Positions 31,048 to 40,571 of a DNA stretch of 64,000 bases are shown here, piece after piece. The stretch spans positions 32,001-96,000 of the forward strand of contig JBHIAE010000004.1 in the NCBI GenBank assembly GCA_046758445.1, written 5' to 3'. The translations under genes and the position numbers were made by a program. The notes under the pieces were generated by a model. That model was not told the origin of the DNA. It did no database searches and was given only the letters and a program-made list of their open reading frames with translations. The stretch is from Candidatus Thorarchaeota archaeon. GTDB taxonomy: Archaea; Asgardarchaeota; Thorarchaeia; Thorarchaeales; Thorarchaeaceae. Each line of letters begins with the position of its first letter. Positions within the stretch are counted from its first letter, which is position 1.

Positions 31048-32679
31048 TCAATCAGGTCTTGCCAGCCTCCTTGTGCCGACAGTTGTGAAGACGCTACCCA
31101 GTGAGATCATGACTGCACTGGGACCAAGAATCATCAAGATTAGGCTTTGAAACCCCGTCAGGAGTCCAATGGGTATCGCTAATTGTGTCGTTATCATGAT
31201 GACCAACATTGAGGCCCCAGTGTTGTCCTTGAACGTCTTGCTCTGCTGGTCATCATAGTTGGGATTGTTGGCTGTGATGCCAGTACTGACGAGAATCGAA
31301 CCAGTTACCGCAAGACAAGCATTTGTGAGTGTCATCAGTGCATCAAAGCCATGAAGTCCAATCATCATGCAGACGAAGGTTGATGAAGTCCAGGCCATTG
31401 GAAGAGCGAACATCATGGATTCAACTATTCTGGCTCTCACGAAGTTTGTGACCCCATTGGGGGCACTCTTTAGCATCCATAGTTGGTCCTTTGAATCTAG
31501 GAATCCAACTCCACCGAATGTCATAGCTCCAATCATGGCCAACATCACCCCTGCAGTGAGGGCAGAATAGAATGCGACAATCCCCGGGTCGTTTCCTCCG
31601 ATACCTGATACATTTAGCATCAGGGGAAAGACCACAGCAAGTACGACTCCAAAGGCAATCTTTGATGTGTTCTGGGCTTTCCTTGTGAAGTCCTTCAAGA
31701 CGGAAACGACTAGTATCCCGAAAGAACCAGGAAACAGTTGCCGCATGCCTCTGAGGACTATATTCTCTTTTCCAACAGTGGTCACCCTCTCGCTTCGGGC
31801 TCCGGCCTCGATTCTGAAGAGTCGGTCAGCAGTCACCAAGGCAACAGTGACTGTACACATGGAGAATGTTACAAGTAGAGCAAGGTCCACTGCCGGTCCG
31901 AACCCGAGGATTGACTCAAACGCAACAATGGAAGAGGGACTCAAGCCGATTCCATTAAACAGTACAATCACCCAGGTAACGAGGTCCGCGCCCCAAGTGA
32001 AGGGGAATATCAGGAAGATATCGAGCCCCATGAATTCGGAAAACGGCTCTGCCAAGAAGATGATCCCATACAATGGTATGAGCGTGACCAGACCGACGAA
32101 CATTGATAGCGCTCTGGCGACATCATTTCCTCTTGGAGACTCACCAAGCTTCGCCTGAATAGCAGTGCAGAGCAAGTTAGAGAACCAGAGTGTACTCAGT
32201 GCAACACCAATCAGAGTGAGATACATGAGCAGCTGCCCAGCCAGTGATACTTGGTAGACTATGGCATAGGGAGAAACGATGATAGACGTAAGGAACAGGA
32301 TTCCAAGGCCATACACAGGGATCTTGCCCACAAATGTGCCAGTCATTATGTCCCTAGTGCTAACGTCGCTGCTCAGCATAATCTCCCATTGGCCAATCTT
32401 GAGCTCTTCCAGTGCGTAGCTGATGGGGTAGAAGAGGAAGGTGACCCATAAGAAGAGAACAAAGGACCGCATGAATCCCGGGAGTCCAATCATCAACAAG
32501 GCATTGACTTCGGTACCCATCCACCCAAGGATGTATGACATGATAGAGGGGACCAAGAAGAGGGCCCAGACAAGAGTGAATACCAAGATACCTAGAAGCA
32601 TTATTCGACGTCTGCGACGGAATCGTGACGTCAGCACTAGGAACTCAGCCTTTGCTATGTGGTACCAGGCCCCCTTCAA
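31048..32679 (-). CDS. ABC exporter permease (about 12 TM), paralog 2
   Basis: Shares WYHIAKAE, KIGQWEI, TFVGKIP, RGND.A, SKDQLW...SAP.G and NPNY.D with 33590-35278; adjacent to an ABC ATPase. Confidence 0.8.
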   Translation of the reverse strand: MKGAWYHIAKAEFLVLTSRFRRRRRIMLLGILVFTLVWALFLVPSIMSYILGWMGTEVNALLMIGLPGFMRSFVLFLWVTFLFYPISYALEELKIGQWEIMLSSDVSTRDIMTGTFVGKIPVYGLGILFLTSIIVSPYAIVYQVSLAGQLLMYLTLIGVALSTLWFSNLLCTAIQAKLGESPRGNDVARALSMFVGLVTLIPLYGIIFLAEPFSEFMGLDIFLIFPFTWGADLVTWVIVLFNGIGLSPSSIVAFESILGFGPAVDLALLVTFSMCTVTVALVTADRLFRIEAGARSERVTTVGKENIVLRGMRQLFPGSFGILVVSVLKDFTRKAQNTSKIAFGVVLAVVFPLMLNVSGIGGNDPGIVAFYSALTAGVMLAMIGAMTFGGVGFLDSKDQLWMLKSAPNGVTNFVRARIVESMMFALPMAWTSSTFVCMMIGLHGFDALMTLTNACLAVTGSILVSTGITANNPNYDDQQSKTFKDNTGASMLVIMITTQLAIPIGLLTGFQSLILMILGPSAVMISLGSVFTTVGTRRLARPD

Positions 32680-32813
32680 GGGTGTTCACCTCCGCACAAT
32701 GGCCCTATAGTCTGGTGTGACTAGTTTCCCGGTCTTTCTCCGGTTTCGGAACCAGATGGCAATGACTGACCGCTCGGCCTTTCTTGCATGATAGCTCCTC
32801 CCCCTCAATGCTT

Positions 32814-33587
32814 CTACCTCCATGTCAAGAGTTTACTTCGGTCTACCTGACCGCCAACAATCTTGAGGTAGGCATCCTCAAGGTCTTCTGCTCCAGTTGA
32901 TTCCACGATGCCGCCGGGAGAATCGACAATTACGAGTGTACCGTCGTTGATAATGCCTACTACGTCACAGACGTCCTCTGCAAAGGAGGTCTGGTGCGTG
33001 CAGATGAAGAAGGTAGTTTCAGTTTCCTCTGCCAACACCAAGATTAGGTCCTTCACAAGAGCACCGGCGCTTGGATCAAGCCGAGATGTCGGCTCATCAA
33101 GGAAGACAAGTCTTGGTTCGTGGAGAAGTGTGGAAGCCACAAGCACCTTCTGTTTCATTCCGCTGGAGTATGTGTCTAGGAGGTCATCTTGACGACCTTC
33201 CAGACCTAGCATCGAGAGCAGGCTATCGATTCGCCTGCTCAGAACCACGCCCGTAAGCCCATTGAGAGCCCCGATGAAGTCAAGGAACTCCACTGCCGAT
33301 AGCTTTGAGTATAGGCCAGGGGTTTCAGGTAGGAGGCCAGTCATTGACTTGATCTCTCCCGCTTGAGATACGATGTCCATGCCGAGGACCGTTGCCGTGC
33401 CACTTGTGGGCTTCATCAACCCAGAAAGTATGCGCACTGTCGTCGTTTTTCCTGCCCCGTTAGGCCCCAGGAAGCCAAAGCGGCCTCCTGAGGACACTTC
33501 TAGGTTGAGATGCCTGACAGCATGAACCGGACCGAAGGTCTTGTTCAGCTCGAGAGTCTGGATGGAGATACCGCTGTTGCTCACCAC
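32814..33587 (-). CDS. ABC transporter ATP-binding protein (drug/peptide export type), paralog 2
   Basis: GPNGAGKTT, YSSGMKQK, LDEPT. Confidence 0.92.
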   Translation of the reverse strand: MVSNSGISIQTLELNKTFGPVHAVRHLNLEVSSGGRFGFLGPNGAGKTTTVRILSGLMKPTSGTATVLGMDIVSQAGEIKSMTGLLPETPGLYSKLSAVEFLDFIGALNGLTGVVLSRRIDSLLSMLGLEGRQDDLLDTYSSGMKQKVLVASTLLHEPRLVFLDEPTSRLDPSAGALVKDLILVLAEETETTFFICTHQTSFAEDVCDVVGIINDGTLVIVDSPGGIVESTGAEDLEDAYLKIVGGQVDRSKLLTWR

Positions 33588-33589
33588 AA

Positions 33590-35278
33590 TCAGACCTCCA
33601 CCTTGCCCAGGCTCCTAATGCCCAAGTTGAGCATCAAAGCGCCTACAAGCAGGAGCGCTATCGGCCCGAGAAGCATCTCCACAACCATGAAACCATCAAG
33701 GCCAAAGATGCTCTCCATGGCTGCAAAGAGATTGATGCCAAGCCCCATGTCAAGGAAGATTGCCGCAAAGAGAGGGCCGATGAGTGTGAACTGGGTCAGC
33801 ATCATTGCCGACATGAGCACGGTCTGGTGCGCTGAGGACTTTGTATCCTCATAGTTCGGATTCTGAGCGGTTATGCCCATACTCACCATCACTGCGCCGC
33901 AGACAACGATATAGGACACGATGAATAGCTGCAACATCATGAGAGGGCCTGTGTTGAAGATGATGCCAATCGCTATGCTTGGAGCCAGACTCAATGGAAT
34001 TGCCATAAGGAAACCTGATGCCAAGCGCGCCCTCATGAAACGTGATGCGCCCTTCGGTGCACTCCGAATTATCCATAGCTGATCCTTGCTTTCCAGAAAG
34101 CCCGTTCCTGCAAACGGGAACACACCAACAATGCCAATCATTATGCTGACCATGGGCAGGATTTCCATCAGAACATATTCGCCTCCCTCCACCAGGACCA
34201 CCTGCTGCATGATTACGGGAAGAAACACTGCCAGTACGACCCCGTAGAAGATCTTCGAGATGTTCTGAGCCTTTCTGCCAAAGTCCTTCAGACTCACGAT
34301 AGTCAGAGCACCGAATGAACCACTGCTTATGCTCCGGATTCCCCGCAGGATGATGTTTTCTCGTCCTACTGTGGTGACCGTTTCAGTCCGTACACCGGCA
34401 CTGACGGTGAAGACTCTATCAGCAGCGCCAATTGCTATGGGCACCCATGCTAGACCGAATGCCGCCATTAGGAGTGCGCTAGTCAACATGTCCAGCTGTA
34501 GAATTGTTCCAAATGCCAGTATCTGAGAACCAGTCAGACCGATTCCGTTGAATGTGATTGCAGTCCAGCTCACCAAGTCTGCAGGCCAGGTGAAAGGCAT
34601 CAGTAGGAATGCGTTCATTCCAAGCACATCAGATAGCTGCGGAAGGAAGAACATCAGACCATACATGGGCACAATGACGATTATTGCGATCACTACTGAG
34701 ATTGCCTTGGCGATGTCGTTGCCTCGAGATGAGTTTCCAAGTCTGGCCTGAACAACTGCTGTGATGAAGTTGGAGAGCCAGATGGTAGACAGCACCATTA
34801 GTGCGATAACTGTGTATACTAGTGCTTGACCCAGAAATGACACCTCAAAGGCTAGCATGAATGGGGAGATTAACAGTGGGGCTAGAAGGACCACAATCAA
34901 CCCGTACATGGGTATCTTGCCGACGAATGTCCCGGTGAGAATGTCTCTTGTCTTCACGTTGTTGGATAGGAATATCTCCCACTGGCCGATCTTGATCTCC
35001 TGAAGCGCGTATGATAGTGGGAACAGTAACAGCAATGCCCACAGGAAAAGCATCACCGTGCGCATCAGCCCCGGAAACATCACCATCAGGAGAGTACGCA
35101 TGGTCGACATGGGCATGAGCAGCCCCAGGAATCCACCTATAATCATGGGAGCAACGTAGGCTGCCCATACAATGGCTAGGGCGTATAGTAGAACTGTAAC
35201 AGCTCGTCTGTACCTTCTCATGCCAGAAGTCAGAACGTAGTATTCCGCCTTTGCGATGTGATACCACTTACGAGTCAT
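33590..35278 (-). CDS. ABC exporter permease (about 12 TM), paralog 1
   Basis: ATG 35278 (MTRKWYHIAKAE); paralogous to 31048-32679. Confidence 0.8.
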   Translation of the reverse strand: MTRKWYHIAKAEYYVLTSGMRRYRRAVTVLLYALAIVWAAYVAPMIIGGFLGLLMPMSTMRTLLMVMFPGLMRTVMLFLWALLLLFPLSYALQEIKIGQWEIFLSNNVKTRDILTGTFVGKIPMYGLIVVLLAPLLISPFMLAFEVSFLGQALVYTVIALMVLSTIWLSNFITAVVQARLGNSSRGNDIAKAISVVIAIIVIVPMYGLMFFLPQLSDVLGMNAFLLMPFTWPADLVSWTAITFNGIGLTGSQILAFGTILQLDMLTSALLMAAFGLAWVPIAIGAADRVFTVSAGVRTETVTTVGRENIILRGIRSISSGSFGALTIVSLKDFGRKAQNISKIFYGVVLAVFLPVIMQQVVLVEGGEYVLMEILPMVSIMIGIVGVFPFAGTGFLESKDQLWIIRSAPKGASRFMRARLASGFLMAIPLSLAPSIAIGIIFNTGPLMMLQLFIVSYIVVCGAVMVSMGITAQNPNYEDTKSSAHQTVLMSAMMLTQFTLIGPLFAAIFLDMGLGINLFAAMESIFGLDGFMVVEMLLGPIALLLVGALMLNLGIRSLGKVEV

Positions 35279-35282
35279 TCCT

Positions 35283-36065
35283 TCACCTCCAGGCCAACAG
35301 GACCTCGCGATCGACCTTGCCACCGACTATCTTGAGATAGGCATCTTCCAGGTTCCTTGCTCCGGCAGACTCAATGACCTCTTGGGGAGAACCACGGGTG
35401 ACGAGCTCACCTTCATTGAGGATTCCCATCACATCACAGACATCTTCTGCAAAACCTGTCATGTGAGTACAGATGAAGAAGGTAGTTTCAGTTTCCTCTG
35501 CAAGAATCATAATCATGTCCTTGATTATGGCAGTTGCACTTGGATCGAGCCGAGATGTTGGCTCGTCCAGGAAGACCAGCTTGGGTTCATGAAGTAGAGT
35601 AGATGATACCAACACCTTCTGCTTCATTCCCGATGAATATGACTCCAGAAGGTCATCCTGTCTTCCCTCAAGACCCAGAATTCCAAGCAGAGTGTCGATT
35701 CGTCTGTTCAGTGCCTCGCCGCTCCTGCCGTTCAGGGCCCCAATAAACTCAAGGAACTCAACAGCAGAGAGCTTGGAGTATAGTCCGGGGGTTTCAGGGA
35801 GTAGACCAGTGATTGCCTTTATGGCATCACGATCTCTGCTGACATCGAGGCCACACACCTCTGCGTAGCCACTTGTCTGTTTCAGTAGACCTGAGAGTAT
35901 GCGGACTGTGGTTGTCTTTCCTGCACCGTTCGGACCAAGAAAGCCGAACCTGCTACCCGCTGTCACCTCAAGGTCTAGATTCCTAACAGCTTGAACTGTC
36001 CCGAATGTCTTGTTCAAGCGTTGAGTTCGAATGGTTACATCGTTTTTTGCCAATGTTTTCACCAT
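35283..36065 (-). CDS. ABC transporter ATP-binding protein, paralog 1
   Basis: GPNGAGKTT, YSSGMKQK, LDEPT; highly similar to 32814-33587. Confidence 0.92.
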   Translation of the reverse strand: MVKTLAKNDVTIRTQRLNKTFGTVQAVRNLDLEVTAGSRFGFLGPNGAGKTTTVRILSGLLKQTSGYAEVCGLDVSRDRDAIKAITGLLPETPGLYSKLSAVEFLEFIGALNGRSGEALNRRIDTLLGILGLEGRQDDLLESYSSGMKQKVLVSSTLLHEPKLVFLDEPTSRLDPSATAIIKDMIMILAEETETTFFICTHMTGFAEDVCDVMGILNEGELVTRGSPQEVIESAGARNLEDAYLKIVGGKVDREVLLAWR

Positions 36066-36091
36066 TTGATTGTTTACTTCTGTGTGGGAAA

Positions 36092-36168
36092 CAATAACCT
36101 TATTGATATAAACCTTCCTAATAGCGTAGGCAAGATTAACCCGAAACCTTTATAGCTGAGTTTGGGTT
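36092..36168. promoter_or_regulatory. Divergent promoter region with inverted repeats
   Basis: CAATAA-cc-TTATTG (36092-36105); AACCC-G-AAAC...GTTT-GGGTT (36138-36168) flanking a TTTATA box. Confidence 0.5.
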
Positions 36169-36190
36169 TATGCTGCGAGGATAACTAACG

Positions 36191-36775
36191 ATGATACTCT
36201 CGGTTCACGAAGCAGTTGTCTGGTGGGAATACCATCAGGGCAAGACGACCAGTGACATTGCTAGTGAATACGAGAAGGGCCAGGCGGCTCCTCCCTATGT
36301 CTACGCGCTCTTCGAGAGCTCCAATAGTAAGTCCGAGAGGGAGGGGATACAGTCTGTCCAGCTGAAGGACACTCAGTATGTTTCGAGAGTACTCAACAGG
36401 GCAAAGGGCAAGGTCGGCAAGGCACTGAGTGAGCATGCGAAGAGTCATCGACTAGATGTTGAGAGCGTACTTGATGAAAAGGGCCTACTAATCGGGTTTG
36501 ACTACCAAGCTAATACCCAGGTCTATATCGTGTTCACTCTGAAGGCCGGGATTATAGTTTGGTATAAGCACGACTCGTACGCCGGCAAGCTATGCCCTGA
36601 GTGTCCAAAGGAGGAGGAATGCAGGGAAACCTTGGACACAATAACGGAAGAGTATGACATAACTCTCAGACCTGACGAAGAAGAACTCTACATGACTCAA
36701 CAGTCCACAGCTATCTTCAACAAAGTCGCAGCAAAGCCTTCTCCAAAGTATAAGAGATCAGAAGGGAGCGGATAA
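36191..36775 (+). CDS. Putative regulator: N-terminal HTH-like region plus His/Cys metal-binding motif
   Basis: GKTTSDIASEY...QYVSRVLNRA; WYKHD...CPECPKEEEC. Confidence 0.6.
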   Translation: MILSVHEAVVWWEYHQGKTTSDIASEYEKGQAAPPYVYALFESSNSKSEREGIQSVQLKDTQYVSRVLNRAKGKVGKALSEHAKSHRLDVESVLDEKGLLIGFDYQANTQVYIVFTLKAGIIVWYKHDSYAGKLCPECPKEEECRETLDTITEEYDITLRPDEEELYMTQQSTAIFNKVAAKPSPKYKRSEGSG

Positions 36776-36778
36776 GAA

Positions 36779-37531
36779 ATGCGTACAGATTATGGAAATG
36801 GGAAGGTGATTAGGCCACCTTTTGAGAAGGTCAGCAGTGGAAGACTGTTCAGACCGGACTCGCGGTTCAGGTACAAGATGTGGTCTCTCAGCGTGTTCAT
36901 CGTGGTGGTTCTGTGGACCATAGTGGTCGGGACTTTCTGGCTCTCCGCATACATTATGGGGGCGTTTGGCCTGGGAGGAACGACTCAGTCGTTTCTGGAC
37001 TATTGGCTGCCTCCAATCAACTTCTGGTACTGGGCAATTACACTACCAATCTTGGTCATTGCGCTGACTACGATAACTGTCTACATTAGATCGATACGGT
37101 ACTCTGTACGAGCAGAGTCCGGCGAGAGCATGCCGGAGGTATATGTCAGAAAGGGGATAATTGACATAACGGAGAAGCACGTGCCCTTGAGGACAATAAC
37201 AAACATCAACACAAAGACGGGCCCCTTTGATAGACTGTTTGGTATTGGCAGCGTCGAGATTGAAACTGCAGGTTATTCTGGGCCGACTCAATACGGGCCT
37301 GAGGAGAAGATTGAGGGGATCGTCTTCTATGAGGAGCTACGTTCATACATCCTTCAGCACATGAGGCAGATAGGGACCCCGTATGTGACTGGAACCGAGT
37401 CCCCCATGTCCTTTGAAGAACCCGTGCCCAGGATGGATGGTACACTAGATGACGAGATTCTGATGGCACTGCGGGAAATGCGTGATATCCTTAGGAGAAT
37501 TGATGACAAGCTTGACGGGAGGAATCGATAG
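36779..37531 (+). CDS. Bacterial PH (bPH_2, YdbS-like) domain membrane protein, copy 1
   Basis: Two TMs, then VRKGII...HVPLRTITNI..KTGPFDRLFGIGSVEIETAG. Confidence 0.83.
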   Translation: MRTDYGNGKVIRPPFEKVSSGRLFRPDSRFRYKMWSLSVFIVVVLWTIVVGTFWLSAYIMGAFGLGGTTQSFLDYWLPPINFWYWAITLPILVIALTTITVYIRSIRYSVRAESGESMPEVYVRKGIIDITEKHVPLRTITNINTKTGPFDRLFGIGSVEIETAGYSGPTQYGPEEKIEGIVFYEELRSYILQHMRQIGTPYVTGTESPMSFEEPVPRMDGTLDDEILMALREMRDILRRIDDKLDGRNR

Positions 37532-37533
37532 AG

Positions 37534-38301
37534 ATGGAATCTGGTACAGTGATTAGGCCACCGATGGATGATATCAAGAGTGGTAAAGTCTTCAAACCTT
37601 CAAGGGCCTTCATCTATAAAGGCTGGTTAGGAGCAATACTCGTTGCTTTTGGCCTCTGGCTTTTTGTGATGTTGTGCTGGCTAGGAATAGCGTACATAGT
37701 AATGGTCATGGATGAAGGAATCCCATTCTCTGGATATGTGGCCTACTTCAACAACTGGTGGATGCTAGTCAACTTCTGGTGGTGGGTCATCAACGCGTTC
37801 TGGCTTGTCCCAGCGATTGTCATATGGCCCTTCTATGTGAAGCGATTTGAGTACTCTGTGATTGCTCATTCTGGTGAAACCATGCCTGAGATCTATGTTC
37901 GAAAAGGGATAATCACTGTCACAGAGAAGCATGTGCCCTTCCGGACAATTACGAACATCTCAAGCAAGGCCGGCCCGCTTGACAGACTATTCGGAATCGG
38001 TAGTGTTGAGATTCAGACGGCTGGCTTCTCTGGTGGAGCTCAGGCAGGAGCAAAGCCAGAAGAGAAGCTCGAAGGGCTTCATATCTTCGAGTCAGTCCGT
38101 GACTTCGTCCTTAGAGAGTTGCGAAGGTTCACAGGGCAGTATGTGACCGGTACAGAAGTCATTGCGCCAGGCGATGTTCCCTTTGCCGGGGTTGAGGGCA
38201 GCCTGCAAGACGAAATCCTAATCACACTTCGACAGATACGTGACAGTGTAGCTCCTATACGAGAAGTTCTTGAGGAGCTTAGAAAGGATAAGAGCGACTA
38301 G
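37534..38301 (+). CDS. bPH_2 domain membrane protein, copy 2
   Basis: Same motif set (HVPFRTITNISS.AGPLDRLFGIGSVEIQTAG). Confidence 0.83.
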   Translation: MESGTVIRPPMDDIKSGKVFKPSRAFIYKGWLGAILVAFGLWLFVMLCWLGIAYIVMVMDEGIPFSGYVAYFNNWWMLVNFWWWVINAFWLVPAIVIWPFYVKRFEYSVIAHSGETMPEIYVRKGIITVTEKHVPFRTITNISSKAGPLDRLFGIGSVEIQTAGFSGGAQAGAKPEEKLEGLHIFESVRDFVLRELRRFTGQYVTGTEVIAPGDVPFAGVEGSLQDEILITLRQIRDSVAPIREVLEELRKDKSD

Positions 38302-38303
38302 AA

Positions 38304-39035
38304 ATGACATCAGATGGGACCGTGATTAGGCCACCTATCGAAGATGTTGAGAGTGGCAAGGTATTCAGGCCTTCAAAGGCGTTTCGAAACAAGATGTGGT
38401 TCACTGGCATCCTTGCTGCTGTAGGCATCTGGCTGATTCTGGCCGCAATCATGTTGGGACTCGGATACATCATCTTCGTGTTGTTCGGCGTGGGCGGAGG
38501 CGTCGCGGACTATGCTGGATGGCAGGCCATGTTCTGGGGAGTTGTGAACTTCTGGTATTGGATACTGACTGCCATATGGTTCATTCCTGCTGTCATTGCC
38601 GTGCCAATCTACCTTGCATCCTTTGAGTATTCAGTGATAGCTAAGTCAGGTCAGACCATGCCAGAAATCTACGTGAAGAAGGGGATAATCAACATCACCC
38701 GGAAACATGTTCCTTTCAGAACGATTACAAACATCTCCAGCAGAGCTGGGCCCTTTGACAGATTGTTTGGTATTGGCACCATCGAGATTGAAACCGCCGG
38801 ACAGTCCGGGTCAACTTCGATTGGCCCCGAGGAGAAGCTTGAGGGTATTGTGTTCTATGAAGAACTCAGGGACTTCATCCTCCGAGAGCTACGGAAGTTC
38901 AAGGACCCATACGTAACCGGAACTGAAGTGGTCTTACCTGAGAACGAAACTGTGATTCGTGTGGGCGGTACTATCGAAGATGAAATTCTGAGTGTGCTAA
39001 ATGAGATTCGCGATCTGTTAAGGGACAGAAGCTGA
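38304..39035 (+). CDS. bPH_2 domain membrane protein, copy 3
   Basis: Same motif set (HVPFRTITNISSRAGPFDRLFGIGTIEIETAG). Confidence 0.83.
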   Translation: MTSDGTVIRPPIEDVESGKVFRPSKAFRNKMWFTGILAAVGIWLILAAIMLGLGYIIFVLFGVGGGVADYAGWQAMFWGVVNFWYWILTAIWFIPAVIAVPIYLASFEYSVIAKSGQTMPEIYVKKGIINITRKHVPFRTITNISSRAGPFDRLFGIGTIEIETAGQSGSTSIGPEEKLEGIVFYEELRDFILRELRKFKDPYVTGTEVVLPENETVIRVGGTIEDEILSVLNEIRDLLRDRS

Positions 39036-39048
39036 GAGTGGCAAAATC

Positions 39049-39807
39049 GTGACCAAAGAGAGCGGCCGAGTCATCAGGCCCCCTATGGAGGATGTCTACA
39101 ACGGGAGAATCTTCAAGCCACTCCCTGCACTTCGCTACAAGAGGTGGCTGAAGTTCATTCTGGCTTCGTTCGCGTTGTACTTGGTCTTCTTGTTCTCGTT
39201 CTTTGGTCCGCCGCTGATCACTGTATTTGTCGTCGAGTTCATTCCTCTAAATCTGTGGTTTGTGCAAGAAGGTTGGGCGGTAGGAAGTCAGGTCTACTGG
39301 CTAATCACGCCTTTCTGGTTGATTCCGGCTCTGGTCTGGACGCACCTGTGGGTGAATAGCATAGAATACTCCGTGGTGGGTTGGAAAGGAGATACCATGC
39401 CGGAGATCTACGAGAGGAAAGGAGTGATCACAATCACTAAACGCCACGTTCCTTTTCGGACTATCACCAACGTCAAGAGTAGAGTCGGGGTATTCGACCG
39501 CGGCTTTGGAATTGGGGTCGTGAAGATTGAAACCGCAGGTGAGTCCGGAGGAATGCAGGCAACAGGCGTGCTCACTCTCATTCTCAAGTATTTGATGCGA
39601 CAAAGCTCTGAGGAGGTCATTGAGGGCATTGTGTTCTATGAAGAACTGAAAGATTTCATTCTTAGAGAACTCCGCGCATTTGGACGTTCACTCCCTCTTC
39701 AAGAAGGTGAGATTTCCGACCCGAGTCGACGGGGAATTCTTACTGAGAGCACGCTGAGAGCCTTTCAGGAGATACGAGATGTACTTCGAGAAGAAGGAGG
39801 ATTGTGA
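39049..39807 (+). CDS. bPH_2 domain membrane protein, copy 4 (most divergent, with an insert)
   Basis: HVPFRTITNVKSRVGVFDRGFGIGVVKIETAG. Confidence 0.82.
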   Translation: MTKESGRVIRPPMEDVYNGRIFKPLPALRYKRWLKFILASFALYLVFLFSFFGPPLITVFVVEFIPLNLWFVQEGWAVGSQVYWLITPFWLIPALVWTHLWVNSIEYSVVGWKGDTMPEIYERKGVITITKRHVPFRTITNVKSRVGVFDRGFGIGVVKIETAGESGGMQATGVLTLILKYLMRQSSEEVIEGIVFYEELKDFILRELRAFGRSLPLQEGEISDPSRRGILTESTLRAFQEIRDVLREEGGL

Positions 39808-39813
39808 AAGCAA

Positions 39814-39906
39814 GTGAGGTCTTGGAAACAGATTGTGGCGATAGTCATAGGTCTAGTAATGTTCATCGTGTTCCTACTCCTATACCTCTTCCTTAGGACG
39901 CCTTGA
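39814..39906 (+). CDS. 30-aa single-pass membrane peptide
   Basis: Not in the ORF track. GTG start, MRSWKQIVAIVIGLVMFIVFLLLYLFLRTP; GGAGG upstream; same frame as copy 4, just after its TGA. Confidence 0.5.
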   Translation: MRSWKQIVAIVIGLVMFIVFLLLYLFLRTP

Positions 39907-39909
39907 GAG

Positions 39910-40476
39910 CTAGTGCGTGTATTGAAGCGGAACTGTTGCCGTGGTGAGGATGGCTTGACCATCTGGGTCCCAAGTGAATAGAACTTGTGCGAAAAGGTCG
40001 GTGTCTTCTGCAACCTCTGGTGAAAAGATAGTTTCCCGATTGTTTGTGAACTCCAGGAACTCAGTTTCACCAGGCGCCACTGAGAATTCATCAAAGCAAC
40101 AGGTAAGCCCTGGTTCAATGTCGAAAGTCTGTAGTGGTGTAAGATTGTTGAAGTAGACAGTCACACGCAATACATCGAGGCCAAAGACCGTAGAGTTTCC
40201 TATGTTTGTGACGTTCAAACGTATGACGAGATGGAAAGGAGGTCCTTCTACAGGAACGATTGGCATGAAGTCTTGCCAGAAGAACGCAGAGGCAACCAGC
40301 TCTAGGTCGTCTACTGTGATTTCCTCAACAACTATTGAAGGAGGGTCATCAGGAGGCGGCACAGGCTCAGGAAACGCAAAGAAATCCCCAAGCAGAATGA
40401 CTGCTGTACCAGAGGCAATGACTATGGTAATGATTACAGCCACGATGATGCCTCGGCCAATTCTCACGGTCTTCAC
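39910..40476 (-). CDS. N-terminally anchored acidic beta-rich hypothetical protein
   Basis: N-terminal TM, Pro-rich linker, Ig-like pattern (LNVTNIGN, VAPGET). Confidence 0.65.
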   Translation of the reverse strand: MKTVRIGRGIIVAVIITIVIASGTAVILLGDFFAFPEPVPPPDDPPSIVVEEITVDDLELVASAFFWQDFMPIVPVEGPPFHLVIRLNVTNIGNSTVFGLDVLRVTVYFNNLTPLQTFDIEPGLTCCFDEFSVAPGETEFLEFTNNRETIFSPEVAEDTDLFAQVLFTWDPDGQAILTTATVPLQYTH

Positions 40477-40571
40477 TGAGATGAACTAACACATGGTGAG
40501 TATTGACTTTTCCGAAATAGACCATATGCTTCAGAAATATTAGGATGCAGCCATTAAGCCAATTGATTTGA

